A stretch of 64,000 nt of DNA from Blastocatellia bacterium (lineage in GTDB: Bacteria; Acidobacteriota; Blastocatellia; UBA7656; JADIYM01): positions 329-64,328 of the forward strand of contig JBGAKX010000003.1 of assembly GCA_044224215.1 (NCBI GenBank). The letters run 5' to 3'. Below, piece after piece: positions 10,910 to 21,653 of the stretch (positions are counted from its first letter, which is position 1; every line of letters begins with the position of its first letter). The translations under genes were made by a program, and so were the position numbers. The notes under the pieces were generated by a model. It had not been told where the DNA came from, did no database searches, and saw only the letters and a program-made list of their open reading frames with translations.

Positions 10910-12001
10910 GTGTTCTATTACCTCCACGATTTCAATCTCGTACATGAGAGTCTCTCTTGGCTAAGAGTCTTCGAATACATCACGTTTCGCACCGCGCAGT
11001 CTGCGCTTACGGCCTTGGTGATCAGCCTGTTTTTCGGCGGGAAGCTGATCCGCAAGCTGCAGGAGTTCCAGATCGGGCAGCAGATCCGCGAGGAAGGTCC
11101 GCGGTCGCACCAGGCAAAGCGCGGAACGCCGACCATGGGCGGCGTGCTGATCGTGATGTCCGTCGTCGTGGCGACGCTGCTGTGGTCGAACCTCGCGAAT
11201 CCATACGTGTGGATCGCGATCTTCTCAATTCTTGCGTACGGCGGTATTGGGTTTGCGGACGACTATCGGAAGCTGGTTCGCAAGCAGAACCTCGGCCTGA
11301 CTGGCCGTCAGAAGCTGGTGCTGCAGTTCGCGACGGCGCTCGTGATCGGGATCGTGCTCTTCAAGCTGACGCCGTATACATCCGAGCTGCAGGTGCCGTT
11401 CATCTCGGCGGTCAAGTGGAGTCCGCTGCAGTACTGGCCGCTCTACGTCGCCTTTATCCTGTTCGTGATCGTCGGAAGCTCGAACGCGGTGAACCTGACG
11501 GACGGGCTCGACGGGTTGGCCATATCGGTCACCTTCATCACCGCCGCATCGCTGACCGCATTCACGTATGTGACGAGCCACCTGGAGTTCTCGCAATATC
11601 TCGGCCTCGTTCACAATCCGCAGGTCGGGGAACTGACGGTCTTCTGTGGCGCGCTGGCGGGTGCGAGTCTTGGTTTTCTGTGGTTCAACGCGCCGCCCGC
11701 GGAAGTCTTCATGGGAGATGTGGGCTCGCTTGCGATCGGCGGAGCGATCGGGACCGTTGCGGTGATCGTGAAGCAGGAGTTCACCCTCGTGCTGATCGGA
11801 GGCGTGTTCGTGATCGAGGCGCTGTCCGTGATGATCCAGGTCACGACGTTCCGCCTGTTCAACAAGCGCCTCTTCAAGATGTCGCCGATCCATCATCACT
11901 TCGAGCTGATCGGCTGGAAGGAATCCAAGATCGTCTTCCGCTTCATGATCGTCGCGATCATTTTTGCCCTGCTCAGTCTGAGCACGCTGAAACTGAGATG
12001 A
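10910..12001 (+). CDS. mraY: Phospho-MurNAc-pentapeptide transferase
   Basis: [33 protein letters not shown]; GTG start at 10910. Confidence 0.96.
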   Translation: MFYYLHDFNLVHESLSWLRVFEYITFRTAQSALTALVISLFFGGKLIRKLQEFQIGQQIREEGPRSHQAKRGTPTMGGVLIVMSVVVATLLWSNLANPYVWIAIFSILAYGGIGFADDYRKLVRKQNLGLTGRQKLVLQFATALVIGIVLFKLTPYTSELQVPFISAVKWSPLQYWPLYVAFILFVIVGSSNAVNLTDGLDGLAISVTFITAASLTAFTYVTSHLEFSQYLGLVHNPQVGELTVFCGALAGASLGFLWFNAPPAEVFMGDVGSLAIGGAIGTVAVIVKQEFTLVLIGGVFVIEALSVMIQVTTFRLFNKRLFKMSPIHHHFELIGWKESKIVFRFMIVAIIFALLSLSTLKLR

Positions 12002-12053
12002 CCCGGCGCCGCGCGACCCGCGCGCGGTCAAAGACCCGAACACGCAAGAACTG

Positions 12054-13430
12054 ATGGAATCGCTCGTCGACAGGCGAATACTGGTGATCGGTCTCGGCCG
12101 CAGCGGCGTCGCAGCCGCGCGATTTGCCGCGGCGCGCGGCGCGCGCGTGACGATCAACGACGCGAAGCCTGCCGACCAGGTCGGGCCCGAGGCGCGTGCG
12201 CTTGCCGACGAAGGAATGGCGGTCGTCGCAGGCGGCCATCCCGACGAGGTGTTTGCGGCGGCCGACACGGTTGTCGTGAGCCCTGGCGTCCCTGCCGATC
12301 TTCCGCAATTCGACGTCGCGCGTCGATCGGGCGCGGAGGTCATCAGCGAAGTGGAATTCGCATCCCGATACCTGCGCGGGCGGATCGTCGGCATCACCGG
12401 TTCGAACGGCAAGACGACGACGACGACGCTCACCGGCAGGATACTCGCCGACGGCGGCCATACGGTCACGGTCGGCGGCAACATCGGCACGCCGCTCATC
12501 TCGTTTGTCGAGCCGTCCACGGACGAGACGTGGCACGTCGTCGAGCTGTCGAGCTTCCAGCTCGAGCTGATCGATCGCATGCGCGTACATCGCGCGGTGC
12601 TGCTCAACATCACGCCGGACCACCTCGATCGACATGGCTCGCTCGGCGCCTACGCCGAGGCGAAGGGCCGGATCTTCGAGAACCAGCAGCCCGAGGACCT
12701 CGCGGTCCTGAACGCAGACGATCCACTGGTCGCCGAGTTCGCCGACCGGACCGCGGCGCGCGTGTGCTTCTTCAGCCGGGCGGGCGAGCTCGGCGCCGGC
12801 GTCTGCCGGATGGGTGATCGGATCGTGTGGCGCGCGGCGGGCGGCGTGGTCGAGGACCTGATCGGCGTCGACGAGATTCCGCTCTTTGGCGAACACAACC
12901 TCGAGAACGTGTGCGCGGCGCTCGCCGTCGGCCGCGACCTGGGCGTCCCGGTCGAACGGATGCGCGAGACGATCCGCGCGTTCGAGGGCGTGCCGCACCG
13001 GCTCGAGCGCGTCGGCGAGATCGGCGGCATCGCGTTCTTCAACGATTCAAAGGCGACGAACACCGACGCCGCGATCAAGGCGATCGAGGCGTTCGACGGC
13101 CGGCCCGGACTTACGGTGGTGATCTTTGGCGGGAAGGGCAAGGGCCAGAATTTCACCGTGCTCGCCGCACCGTCGCGCGGTCGCGTGCGCCACGCGGTCG
13201 TCATCGGCGAAGCGAGCGCCGAGATCGAGACGGCGCTCGCGGGCGTCTGTCCGGTCGAGCGCGCATCGACGATGAAGGACGCCGTTGCGCGCGCGCGCGC
13301 CGCTGCCGAGCCCGGCGATCGCGTCGTGCTGGCGCCGGCGTGTTCGAGCTTTGACATGTTCGACAACTACGAACATCGAGGAATGATCTTTCGACAGGAG
13401 GTGGAGGCTCTCGCGCGGGCGGGGGCTTAA
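12054..13430 (+). CDS. murD: UDP-MurNAc-L-Ala:D-Glu ligase
   Basis: GLGRSG, GSNGKTT, ELSSFQL, NDSKATN, PACSSFDMF. Confidence 0.96.
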   Translation: MESLVDRRILVIGLGRSGVAAARFAAARGARVTINDAKPADQVGPEARALADEGMAVVAGGHPDEVFAAADTVVVSPGVPADLPQFDVARRSGAEVISEVEFASRYLRGRIVGITGSNGKTTTTTLTGRILADGGHTVTVGGNIGTPLISFVEPSTDETWHVVELSSFQLELIDRMRVHRAVLLNITPDHLDRHGSLGAYAEAKGRIFENQQPEDLAVLNADDPLVAEFADRTAARVCFFSRAGELGAGVCRMGDRIVWRAAGGVVEDLIGVDEIPLFGEHNLENVCAALAVGRDLGVPVERMRETIRAFEGVPHRLERVGEIGGIAFFNDSKATNTDAAIKAIEAFDGRPGLTVVIFGGKGKGQNFTVLAAPSRGRVRHAVVIGEASAEIETALAGVCPVERASTMKDAVARARAAAEPGDRVVLAPACSSFDMFDNYEHRGMIFRQEVEALARAGA

Positions 13431-13433
13431 CCG

Positions 13434-13710
13434 GAATCGGAGTCCCGAGGCCAGAGGCCTCCAGCAAACTGAATAGCTCACGTGCCGGCTCATGCTCACG
13501 CTCACGCTCTCCTGTTCATGCTCATGCTCGAGCCGCGCGCCGGGCGCCACACACGGCGCCGTCTGTTCCAGGGGGACCTCATCGGGTGGGGACCGTTTGG
13601 CGGACGCTGGGTGTGGGTCCGACATGCGGCGCCTCCTGCTCGCGTTCACGCTCACGCTCACGTTCAAGCACACGCACGAATTCACACCTCTGGCCTCGGG
13701 AGTCCGATTC
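13434..13710. mobile_element. MITE-like element with 24-bp terminal inverted repeats and internal hexamer arrays
   Basis: GAATCGGAGTCCCGAGGCCAGAGG (13434-13457) versus the reverse complement of 13687-13710, one mismatch; internal GCTCAC/GCTCAT/GTTCAC tandem runs. Confidence 0.6.
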
Positions 13711-13744
13711 TGTTCGGCGGAAGCATACACGCTGACTGATCGCA

Positions 13745-14833
13745 ATGACTCCCACAGGCTCATCAGACAAACTGCTCTTCGCCACGGTCATCGGCCTCGT
13801 GCTGTTCGGACTCGTCATGATCCACAGCGCGTCGGCCGTGATCGCCATGGAGCAGGAGGGCAACCCGTACTTCTACCTGCAGAAGCAGGCGGTGTGGGCA
13901 GGGCTCGGTCTGGTCGGCATGTGCATCGCGATGCAGATCGACTACCGGTTCTACAACAGAAAGTTCGTCGTCTATGGCTCCCTCGTGACCGTCGTTGGAA
14001 TGCTTGTGGCAGTCTTCGCATTCTCGCCGGTCAATGGCGCGCACCGTTGGATCAAGTTCGGAGGCTTTCAATGCCAACCGTCCGAGATTGCCAAGCTCGT
14101 CACCGTTCTGTTCCTTGCCCATTGGCTCGACGTCAATTCTTCCGACCGCTCGCGATTCTGGCGTGTCCTCGTCCCATGCGCCGGCGTCGCTGGGCTCCTC
14201 GCGGTTCTCGTCGTCGCGGAGCCTGACCTCGGCACGGCGCTCGCCATCGGGACCGCGCTCGTCGTCGTGCTGTTCACGGCGGCCGTCCCGCTCAAACAGA
14301 TCGCCGTGCTGCCGATGACGGCGGCGCCGTTCGTGGCGGGACTTCTCGTGTTCGTCCCGTTCCGGCTCAAACGTCTGGGCGCGTTTCTCGATCCATGGGC
14401 CGATCCGACGGGCTCGGGCTATCACGTCATCCAGTCGCTGCTCGCGATCGGGACGGGCGGCGTGTGGGGCGTCGGGCTCTCGCAGGGCCGGCAGAAGCTG
14501 TTCTATCTGCCGGAGCCGCACACGGACTTCATCTTTGCGGTCATCGGCGAGGAGCTCGGGCTGTTTGGCGCGTGCGCGATCGTTCTCGTTTTTGGCGTCC
14601 TGGCGTGGCGGGGGCTGCGCGCGGCGGGCCGCGCGCCGGACGACTTTGGAGCGCTGCTCGCGACGGGGCTGACGATCATGGTCGTCGCGCAGGCGCTCTT
14701 CAACGTGTCGGTCACGCTCGCGATGGTGCCGACAAAGGGTATTCCACTTCCGTTCGTGAGCTACGGAGGCTCGTCGCTGTTCATCAGCATGACCGCAATG
14801 GGCGTGCTGCTGAACATCTCGCAGGGGAAATGA
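13745..14833 (+). CDS. ftsW: Peptidoglycan polymerase FtsW
   Basis: SEDS motifs QPSEIAKL, EPDLG, YLPEPHTDFIF, PFVSYGGSS; dcw position. Confidence 0.96.
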   Translation: MTPTGSSDKLLFATVIGLVLFGLVMIHSASAVIAMEQEGNPYFYLQKQAVWAGLGLVGMCIAMQIDYRFYNRKFVVYGSLVTVVGMLVAVFAFSPVNGAHRWIKFGGFQCQPSEIAKLVTVLFLAHWLDVNSSDRSRFWRVLVPCAGVAGLLAVLVVAEPDLGTALAIGTALVVVLFTAAVPLKQIAVLPMTAAPFVAGLLVFVPFRLKRLGAFLDPWADPTGSGYHVIQSLLAIGTGGVWGVGLSQGRQKLFYLPEPHTDFIFAVIGEELGLFGACAIVLVFGVLAWRGLRAAGRAPDDFGALLATGLTIMVVAQALFNVSVTLAMVPTKGIPLPFVSYGGSSLFISMTAMGVLLNISQGK

Positions 14834-14890
14834 CCGAACCGGGTCGTTGAGGATCCGGGCGCTCGCAGGTTTCGATTTCGTCCAAGGGAC

Positions 14891-15970
14891 ATGAAGATGA
14901 TCATCGCCGCAGGCGGAACAGGAGGGCACATCTATCCGGGCATTGCAGTGGCCCGCGAGTTTCTCGCGCGCGCCGCGGGCAACGACGTGCTCTTTGTCGG
15001 CACCGCACGCGGGCTCGAGAGCACCATCGTTCCGCGCGAGGGGTTCCGGCTCGAGCTCCTGCAGGCGAGCGCGCTCAAGGGCGTGTCGCTCGTCCGCCGG
15101 ATTGCGAGCCTGTTGGAACTGCCAAAGGGATTTCTGACCGCGCTCGGGATTCTCCGCCGGTTCGACCCCGACGTGGTGGTTGGCGTCGGCGGTTATGCAT
15201 CCGGTCCGATCCTGCTGATGGCAGCGCTCACGCGCCGCCCGACGCTCGTGATCGAACCGAACGCAATGCCCGGTTTCACGAACCGCGTGCTCGCGCGATT
15301 CGTGACGGCCGCGGCCGTGACGTTCGAGGAGTCGCTCGCGTGGTTCGGCGCAAAGGGCGTCGTGACCGGCAACCCGGTGCGTTCCGATTTCGCGGGCCTC
15401 GCGCCAAAGACGCGTGGCGAGTCCACACGGCTGCTCGTGTTCGGCGGAAGCCAGGGCTCGCGCGCACTCAACAACGCGTTGATCGCGGCGCTGCCGCACG
15501 TGAAGCCTGCCGTCGACGCGGGACGGCTCACGATCCACCATCAGACCGGGCCGCACGAGCTGGAACGGGTTCGCGCGGCATATGCGGACGCCGGGGTCGC
15601 GGCCGAGGTCGTGCCCTTCATCGACCGCATGATGGACGCATTTGCCGACGCGGACCTGCTGCTGTGCCGATCCGGCGCGACCACCGTCGCCGAGGTCGCC
15701 GTCGCGGGCAAGGCGGCGATCTTCGTGCCGTTCCCGCAGGCCGCCGACGACCACCAGCGCAAGAACGCCGAGGCGTTCGTCCGCGCCGGCGCGGGACGAA
15801 TGATCCTCGAACGAATTCGTTACAGCGCGCTGCGCGGCGCATCGACGAGCGATGAACGACGGTCGGCGATCGACCGGATGGAGAAGGCAAGCCGCGGACT
15901 GGCGCGCACGGATGCTGCCGAGCGGTGCGTGGATATCGCACTCGAGATTGTTCGTGGAAAGGAGGGATGA
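14891..15970 (+). CDS. murG: Lipid I N-acetylglucosaminyltransferase
   Basis: GGTGGHIYP, GGY, GNPVR, GGSQGS, RSGATT, DDHQRKNA. Confidence 0.96.
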   Translation: MKMIIAAGGTGGHIYPGIAVAREFLARAAGNDVLFVGTARGLESTIVPREGFRLELLQASALKGVSLVRRIASLLELPKGFLTALGILRRFDPDVVVGVGGYASGPILLMAALTRRPTLVIEPNAMPGFTNRVLARFVTAAAVTFEESLAWFGAKGVVTGNPVRSDFAGLAPKTRGESTRLLVFGGSQGSRALNNALIAALPHVKPAVDAGRLTIHHQTGPHELERVRAAYADAGVAAEVVPFIDRMMDAFADADLLLCRSGATTVAEVAVAGKAAIFVPFPQAADDHQRKNAEAFVRAGAGRMILERIRYSALRGASTSDERRSAIDRMEKASRGLARTDAAERCVDIALEIVRGKEG

Positions 15971-16131
15971 GCACCGGTGCATCGCACTCGTTACAGGGTG
16001 TGAGTCGGGCAACAAAAGTGGCAGCTTGTAACAGATGCTAACCCGTAGCCTGCGGCTTTAGTCCCCTGGTTTGTGCCCTGTAACGCGTGGGATGCACCAC
16101 GGCGAATCCGAAAGAACTCGACCTCGACACC

Positions 16132-17520
16132 ATGTTCCGCGACATCCACAGAATCCATATGGTCGGCATCGGCGGCATCGGCATGTCCGGCATCGCCGAG
16201 ATCCTGCTGCACCTCGGCGGCGACATAAAGGTCACCGGGTCCGACACCAAGCTGTCGCCGATCACCGAGCGGCTGACCGCGCTCGGCGCTCGCGTCGTCG
16301 AGGGGCACAGCGCCGAGAACGTCGAGGGCGCCGATCTCGTCGTGACGAGCTCGGCCGTGCGCAAGGACAACCCCGAGGTCATCGCCGCTCGCAACAGCCA
16401 GACGCCGATCATCCCGCGCGCCGAGATGCTCGCCGAGCTCATGCGGCTGTTCCGTTACGGCATCGCAATTGGCGGCTCGCACGGGAAGACCACCACGACG
16501 TCGATGGTTGCCACGATCATGGCGCACGCCGGATTCGACCCGACGATCGTCGTCGGCGGCAAGCTCGCCAGTCTCGGTTCGAACGCGCGGTTTGGCCAGG
16601 GCGACTACATGGTCGTCGAAGCCGACGAGTCGGATGGCTCGCTCGTGATCCTCCAGCCGACGATCGCGGTCCTCACGAACGCGGATGCCGAGCACCTCGA
16701 CCATTTCAAGAACATCGAAGAGATCTGCCGCTGCTTTGTCGAATTCGTGAACAAGGTGCCGTTCTACGGAACCGTCATCCTGTGTCTCGACGACACGAAC
16801 ATCCAGTCGATGATCCCGAGCGTCAAGCGCCGGGCGATCACGTACGGGTTTCTGCCGCAGGCTGACTACGTCGCACGGGACATCAGCGAAGGCACGTCGT
16901 TCGGGTCCGAGTTCCGCGTGTTCTGGCGCGGCGAGGAGCTCGGCGTGCTGCAGCTCTCGGTACCCGGGCGGCACAACGTCCTGAACGCACTCGCCGCGAC
17001 GGCGGTGGCGCGCGACCTGAAGATCCCGTTCGCGCAGATCGCCGATGGGTTGCGCGAGTTCCGGGGCGCCGACCGGCGATTCCAGATCAAGGGAGAGCGG
17101 GCCGACGTCCTCGTGGTCGACGACTACGGCCATCATCCGACCGAGATCCAGGCCACGTTGCAGGCGGCGGCCTCGAGCGGACGGCGCGTCATCACCGTGT
17201 TCCAGCCGCATCGCTACTCGCGGACGCAGCACCTGATGGAGGACTTTGGCCGCGCGTTCTACTCGGCTGCGATCGTCCTGGTGACGGACATCTATGCGGC
17301 AAGCGAGGATCCGATTCCAGGCGTCACGGGTGAGCGACTGGCGGAGTCGGTGCAGATGCACGGGCACAAGCACGCCGAGTACGTGGGCACGCTCGACCGC
17401 GCCGTGGTTCGGGTGCTCGAACTGGCGCAGCCGGGCGATCTCGTGCTGACGCTCGGCGCCGGAAGCGTGTCGCTGATCGGCGACGAGATCCTGAAGCGAC
17501 TGGAGGCGCGCGCATCGTGA
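16132..17520 (+). CDS. murC: UDP-MurNAc:L-Ala ligase
   Basis: [42 protein letters not shown]. Confidence 0.96.
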   Translation: MFRDIHRIHMVGIGGIGMSGIAEILLHLGGDIKVTGSDTKLSPITERLTALGARVVEGHSAENVEGADLVVTSSAVRKDNPEVIAARNSQTPIIPRAEMLAELMRLFRYGIAIGGSHGKTTTTSMVATIMAHAGFDPTIVVGGKLASLGSNARFGQGDYMVVEADESDGSLVILQPTIAVLTNADAEHLDHFKNIEEICRCFVEFVNKVPFYGTVILCLDDTNIQSMIPSVKRRAITYGFLPQADYVARDISEGTSFGSEFRVFWRGEELGVLQLSVPGRHNVLNALAATAVARDLKIPFAQIADGLREFRGADRRFQIKGERADVLVVDDYGHHPTEIQATLQAAASSGRRVITVFQPHRYSRTQHLMEDFGRAFYSAAIVLVTDIYAASEDPIPGVTGERLAESVQMHGHKHAEYVGTLDRAVVRVLELAQPGDLVLTLGAGSVSLIGDEILKRLEARAS

Positions 17521-18431
17521 GTGATCGTCAGCAACAGGTGAAAACGCGTCCGCGAAAACCCGCGCCGAGAAAATCGTCGGGCCCGACGTTCCGCAAGCGC
17601 CGCAGCTTCAACATCATGCGGTGGGTTCGCGTGACGCTCGTCCTGGGGGTGGTCGCGCTGCCGTTCGTGGGCTACTACGTCGCGGCGAGCTCCGACGCGT
17701 TTCTGATTCGCAAGATCGAGGTGAGCGGCGCAAAGCGCACGAACGCCGACGACGTTCGCGAGGCGGCGCGCAAGGTCGCCGGCACTCGACTGCTTGGCAC
17801 GAACCTCGAGGCGGTGCGTGCATCGGTGGCCGCGTCGCCCTACGTTCAAAGCGCGACGGTCGTGCGCGTCCTTCCGGATACGTTGCGCGTGACGCTCGTC
17901 GAGCGCGAGCCCGCGGTGGTCGTTCGTCTCGGCAACGGGCGGCTGGCGTGGGCGGACAAGGATGGCCACGTGCTCGAGGAGTTCAAGCCGGAGCGCGGTG
18001 TGGTTCCTCCGCCGCTGTCCGGATTCGACGACGCCGACACGACGGACCGCGCGATGGCCGAGAACCGCGACAGGATCGCGACGTATGCGGCGCTTCAGAC
18101 GGCACTGACGGAAGGCGACCTTTGGGACCGTCTGGACGAGGTCGACATCAAGTATCTGAAGGACGTGAAGGTGCGGCTTGCCGACAACGGCGTCGTCGTT
18201 CGTCTTGGCGACGGCGACTACCGCACGCGGCTGATTACCGCGCTGAGCCTGCTCGATGCCGTCAAGCGCGGCGACACCGAGATGCTCGCGAGGTATCGGG
18301 TTCCCGACATCGGCAAGCTGCTCGCGTCGGCCGACGCGATCGGGACGGTGGATGTGACACGCAGCAATGGAGCAGTCAGCATCGTGATTTCGAATGGGCG
18401 GTCAGGTCAGACAGAAGCAAAAAGGAATTAA
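17517..18431 (+). CDS. ftsQ: Cell division protein FtsQ/DivIB
   Basis: Basic N-terminus, single TM, POTRA (V.R.LPDTLRV.LVEREP); precedes ftsA. Confidence 0.88.
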   Translation: MSDRQQQVKTRPRKPAPRKSSGPTFRKRRSFNIMRWVRVTLVLGVVALPFVGYYVAASSDAFLIRKIEVSGAKRTNADDVREAARKVAGTRLLGTNLEAVRASVAASPYVQSATVVRVLPDTLRVTLVEREPAVVVRLGNGRLAWADKDGHVLEEFKPERGVVPPPLSGFDDADTTDRAMAENRDRIATYAALQTALTEGDLWDRLDEVDIKYLKDVKVRLADNGVVVRLGDGDYRTRLITALSLLDAVKRGDTEMLARYRVPDIGKLLASADAIGTVDVTRSNGAVSIVISNGRSGQTEAKRN

Positions 18432-18434
18432 GTC

Positions 18435-19682
18435 ATGGCGAGAAACGATCCGCATATCGTAGGGCTTGACCTCGGAACCACCGAGGTCCGCGCCATCATC
18501 GGCGAAATTGTCGACGACTCGCGACTCGAGGTGGTCGGCATCGGCCAGGCCGAGTCGCGCGGCGTGAAGAAGGGCGTCGTCGTCAATCTCGAATCGACGA
18601 CGGAGGCCGTGCGCCGGGCGGTCGAGGAGGCCGAGCTGATGTCCGGCGTCCAGATCGATTCCGCCTATGTCGGAATGGCCGGTGCCCAGGTGAAGGGGCA
18701 CAACAGCCGCGGCGTGATTGCCGTGTCGCGCCGCAACCGCGAGATCGGGCGCGCCGACGTCGACCGCGTGATCGAACAGGCGAGATCGATCGCCTTGCCT
18801 GCCGACCGCGAGATCATCGACGTGATCGCGCAGGAGTTCACGGTCGACGGTCAGGACGGCATCAGCAACCCGGTCGGGTTTCTCGGCATGCGGCTCGAAG
18901 CGGCCGTCCACCTGATCAGCTCGCCCATCACCGCGCGCCAGAACGTCATCACGTCCGTAAATCGCGCGGGAATCCTTGTGCTCGATACCGTGATCGAGCA
19001 TTGCGCGGCAGCCGAGGCCGTGCTCACCGAGGACGAGAAGGAGTTTGGCACGGCGCTCGTCGACATCGGCGGCGAGACGACGAACCTGGCCATCTACCAT
19101 CGCGGCGCGGTGCAGCACACGGCCGTGCTGCCGATCGGCGGCAGCCACTTCACGAGCGATATCGCGGTGGGGCTGCGCACGCCGATTCCGGAGGCCGAGC
19201 GGATCAAGCGCGCGCACGGGTGCGCGATCTCGACGTTGATGGACGACCACGAACGGAGCACGGCGGTCGAGGTGCCGAGCGTCGGCGGTCGCCCGCCGCG
19301 GATGCTGTCTCGCCAGGTGCTGTGCGAGATCCTGCAACCGCGCGCCGAGGAGATCTTCTCGCACGTGTACGAAGAGATCGAACGGAACGGCTTTGACCGG
19401 CAGCTGTCGAGCGGCGTGGTCATCGTCGGAGGCGGCGCGCTCATGGACGGGACGATCGAGATCGCCGAGCACGTGCTGGATCTGCCGGCACGTTGCGGCG
19501 CGCCGCGTGGCATCGGCGGATTGTCGGGCGAGATCGCGAGCCCGACGTGCGCGACGGCGGCCGGTCTGCTGCTGTACGGGTATCGAAAGCAGAGCGGCGG
19601 CGGTGGCATCTACACCGACACCGAGATGGAGGCGAGCCGGCTCGGACGGCTGCGCAGCGCGGTCAAGAGTTTGTTCAGATAG
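18435..19682 (+). CDS. ftsA: Cell division protein FtsA
   Basis: GLDLGT, LVDIGGETT, AERIK, GGGA. Confidence 0.96.
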   Translation: MARNDPHIVGLDLGTTEVRAIIGEIVDDSRLEVVGIGQAESRGVKKGVVVNLESTTEAVRRAVEEAELMSGVQIDSAYVGMAGAQVKGHNSRGVIAVSRRNREIGRADVDRVIEQARSIALPADREIIDVIAQEFTVDGQDGISNPVGFLGMRLEAAVHLISSPITARQNVITSVNRAGILVLDTVIEHCAAAEAVLTEDEKEFGTALVDIGGETTNLAIYHRGAVQHTAVLPIGGSHFTSDIAVGLRTPIPEAERIKRAHGCAISTLMDDHERSTAVEVPSVGGRPPRMLSRQVLCEILQPRAEEIFSHVYEEIERNGFDRQLSSGVVIVGGGALMDGTIEIAEHVLDLPARCGAPRGIGGLSGEIASPTCATAAGLLLYGYRKQSGGGGIYTDTEMEASRLGRLRSAVKSLFR

Positions 19683-19907
19683 CGGAAGAATGACGCAAGA
19701 GCAGGCATCATGCCCAAAGAAAGACGTTGTGGAAGCGAAATCGCTATGCTACTATGCGAAGTACCTTGGTGGGTTACACGCACAAGATATAGTAGCAGGG
19801 GTTCGATCTTCTCCGTTTCTTGCGTCCGGCATGCACACGGCATTTAGAGAACTTCTTTAGATGCAAGGGCCTGACCATGCGGGCAGGCAGCGGGGAGGGA
19901 ACCAGAC

Positions 19908-21068
19908 ATGGCAGCGGACGGGAGCAACATGGACAGCGGAATACGTTTCAGGCTGGAAGACACTCCGTCACTGAACGGCGCGAACATCAAGGTAGTGGGC
20001 ATCGGCGGGGGCGGCGGCAACGCGGTCAACCGGATGATCCAGGCGGGGATCGAGGGCGTACAGTTCCTGGTAGCGAATACTGACCTCCAGGCGCTGAAGC
20101 GCTCCGAGGCGCCGATCAAGCTTCAGATCGGCGACAAGTTGACGCGCGGACTCGGGGCGGGCGGCAACCCGAACATGGGGCGCGAGTCGGCGCTCGAGGA
20201 TACCGAGAAGATCATCGAGGCGCTCGAGGGCGCGGACATGGTCTTCATCACGACGGGTCTTGGCGGCGGCACAGGCACGGGTGCGGCCCCGATCGTCGCA
20301 TCACTTGCGACCGAGCTCGGCGCACTGACGGTTGCCGTCGTGACCAAGCCGTTCCCGTTCGAGGGGCGCAAGCGCATGCGGCAGGCCGATGAAGGGCTGC
20401 TCGAGCTGCGCGGATGCGTCGACACGGTCATCACGATTCCGAACGAGCGATTGCTGAGCGCAGTGGACCGCAACACTCCGTTGCCCGAGGCGTTCCGCGC
20501 GGCGGACGACGTGCTGCGACAGGCGGTGCAGGGCATCTCGGACCTGATCACGGTGCCCGGCCTGATCAACCTCGATTTCGCCGACGTCAAATCGATCATG
20601 CAGGGGATGGGTGTCGCGCTGATGGGCACCGGCAAGGCCGCCGGCGAGAACCGCGCGCTCGAGGCGACCCAGCGTTCGATCTCGAGCCCGCTGCTCGAGG
20701 AGGCGTCGATCCAGGGCGCAAAGGGCCTGTTGATCAACGTCACCGGCGGTTCGGACCTTACGCTGTTCGAGGTCAACGAGGCGATGTCGATCATTCACGA
20801 GGCCGCCGACGAAGAGGCCAACATCATCTTTGGCGCGGTGCTCGACGAGCGACTGCAGGACGAGATGAAGATCACGGTCATCGCAACCGGATTTGACAAG
20901 GCAATCGAGATGGCAGGCGACAACTCGGCCGGATCGCGGCTGCGCTCGTTCCCCACGGGACCGACCGCCGCTCCCGTTCCCGGCCACAGCGTTCAGACGC
21001 CCGTCGCGCAGGAACCTGCGCGCAACGACCTGAACGTCCCGACATTTCTCCGCAAGAAGGCGGACTAA
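19908..21068 (+). CDS. ftsZ: Cell division GTPase FtsZ
   Basis: [22 protein letters not shown]-terminal LNVPTFLRK. Confidence 0.98.
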   Translation: MAADGSNMDSGIRFRLEDTPSLNGANIKVVGIGGGGGNAVNRMIQAGIEGVQFLVANTDLQALKRSEAPIKLQIGDKLTRGLGAGGNPNMGRESALEDTEKIIEALEGADMVFITTGLGGGTGTGAAPIVASLATELGALTVAVVTKPFPFEGRKRMRQADEGLLELRGCVDTVITIPNERLLSAVDRNTPLPEAFRAADDVLRQAVQGISDLITVPGLINLDFADVKSIMQGMGVALMGTGKAAGENRALEATQRSISSPLLEEASIQGAKGLLINVTGGSDLTLFEVNEAMSIIHEAADEEANIIFGAVLDERLQDEMKITVIATGFDKAIEMAGDNSAGSRLRSFPTGPTAAPVPGHSVQTPVAQEPARNDLNVPTFLRKKAD

Positions 21069-21101
21069 CGAGACCGATCGCTGCTGCTACCTCCTTCTAC
21101 G

Positions 21102-21134
21102 AAGGCCGTCACTTCACGGTGACGGCCTTTTTTT
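21102..21134 (+). terminator. Intrinsic terminator after ftsZ
   Basis: AAGGCCGTCAC-ttcacg-GTGACGGCCTT followed by a T run. Confidence 0.85.
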
Positions 21135-21205
21135 CTTCAAATTTGCCGCAGATTCACGCAGATAAACGCGGATGACTGAGCGGCCCATTCTTGTAATATG
21201 CGCGC

Positions 21206-21652
21206 ATGGGAAATGAAGCTGTTCAGCGCGACGACTTCAAGTGCTGGGTCAAGATCCCGGTGCGCTGGGGCGACATGGACGCCGTCGGCCACCTGAACAA
21301 CGCGGCGTTCTTCACGTTCTGCGAGTCGGGACGGATCGAGTACTTCGACCAGATAAACCTCGGCGACTTCACAAAGGCGGCCGACGGGCCCGCGCTCGTT
21401 CATGCCGCGCTCAACTTTCGCCGCCAGGTGCACTTCCCCGCCGTGCTCGACGTCGGCGTGTCGGTGCCCGAGGTCCGAAAGAGCTCGCTCACGATGAACT
21501 ACGGGATCTTCTTTGAGGCGACCGACACGCTGGTTGCCGACGGCACGTCGGTGGTCGTGTGGACCGACTATGCGGCAGGTCGCTCAAAGGAGATTCCGGA
21601 GCGGGTCCGGCGAACGATCGAGCTCCTCGAAGGAAGGGAATCGCTCACCTGA
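21206..21652 (+). CDS. Acyl-CoA thioesterase (hotdog fold, 4HBT/YbgC family)
   Basis: VRWGDMDAVGHLNNA..F...E.GR motif. Confidence 0.9.
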   Translation: MGNEAVQRDDFKCWVKIPVRWGDMDAVGHLNNAAFFTFCESGRIEYFDQINLGDFTKAADGPALVHAALNFRRQVHFPAVLDVGVSVPEVRKSSLTMNYGIFFEATDTLVADGTSVVVWTDYAAGRSKEIPERVRRTIELLEGRESLT

Positions 21653-21653
21653 G

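Noticed and set aside
13482-13739. 85-aa His-Ala repeat ORF (AHAHAH)
   Set aside because: It is the translation of the hexamer repeats in the MITE-like element, not a credible gene.
16040-16072. GTAGCCTGCGGCTTTAGTCCCCTGG, a REP-half-like motif between murG and murC
   Set aside because: Single copy in the window with no inverted partner; too weak to call.
16132-18431. Absence of murB and ddl between murC and ftsQ
   Set aside because: Common dcw variation; the genes are probably elsewhere.
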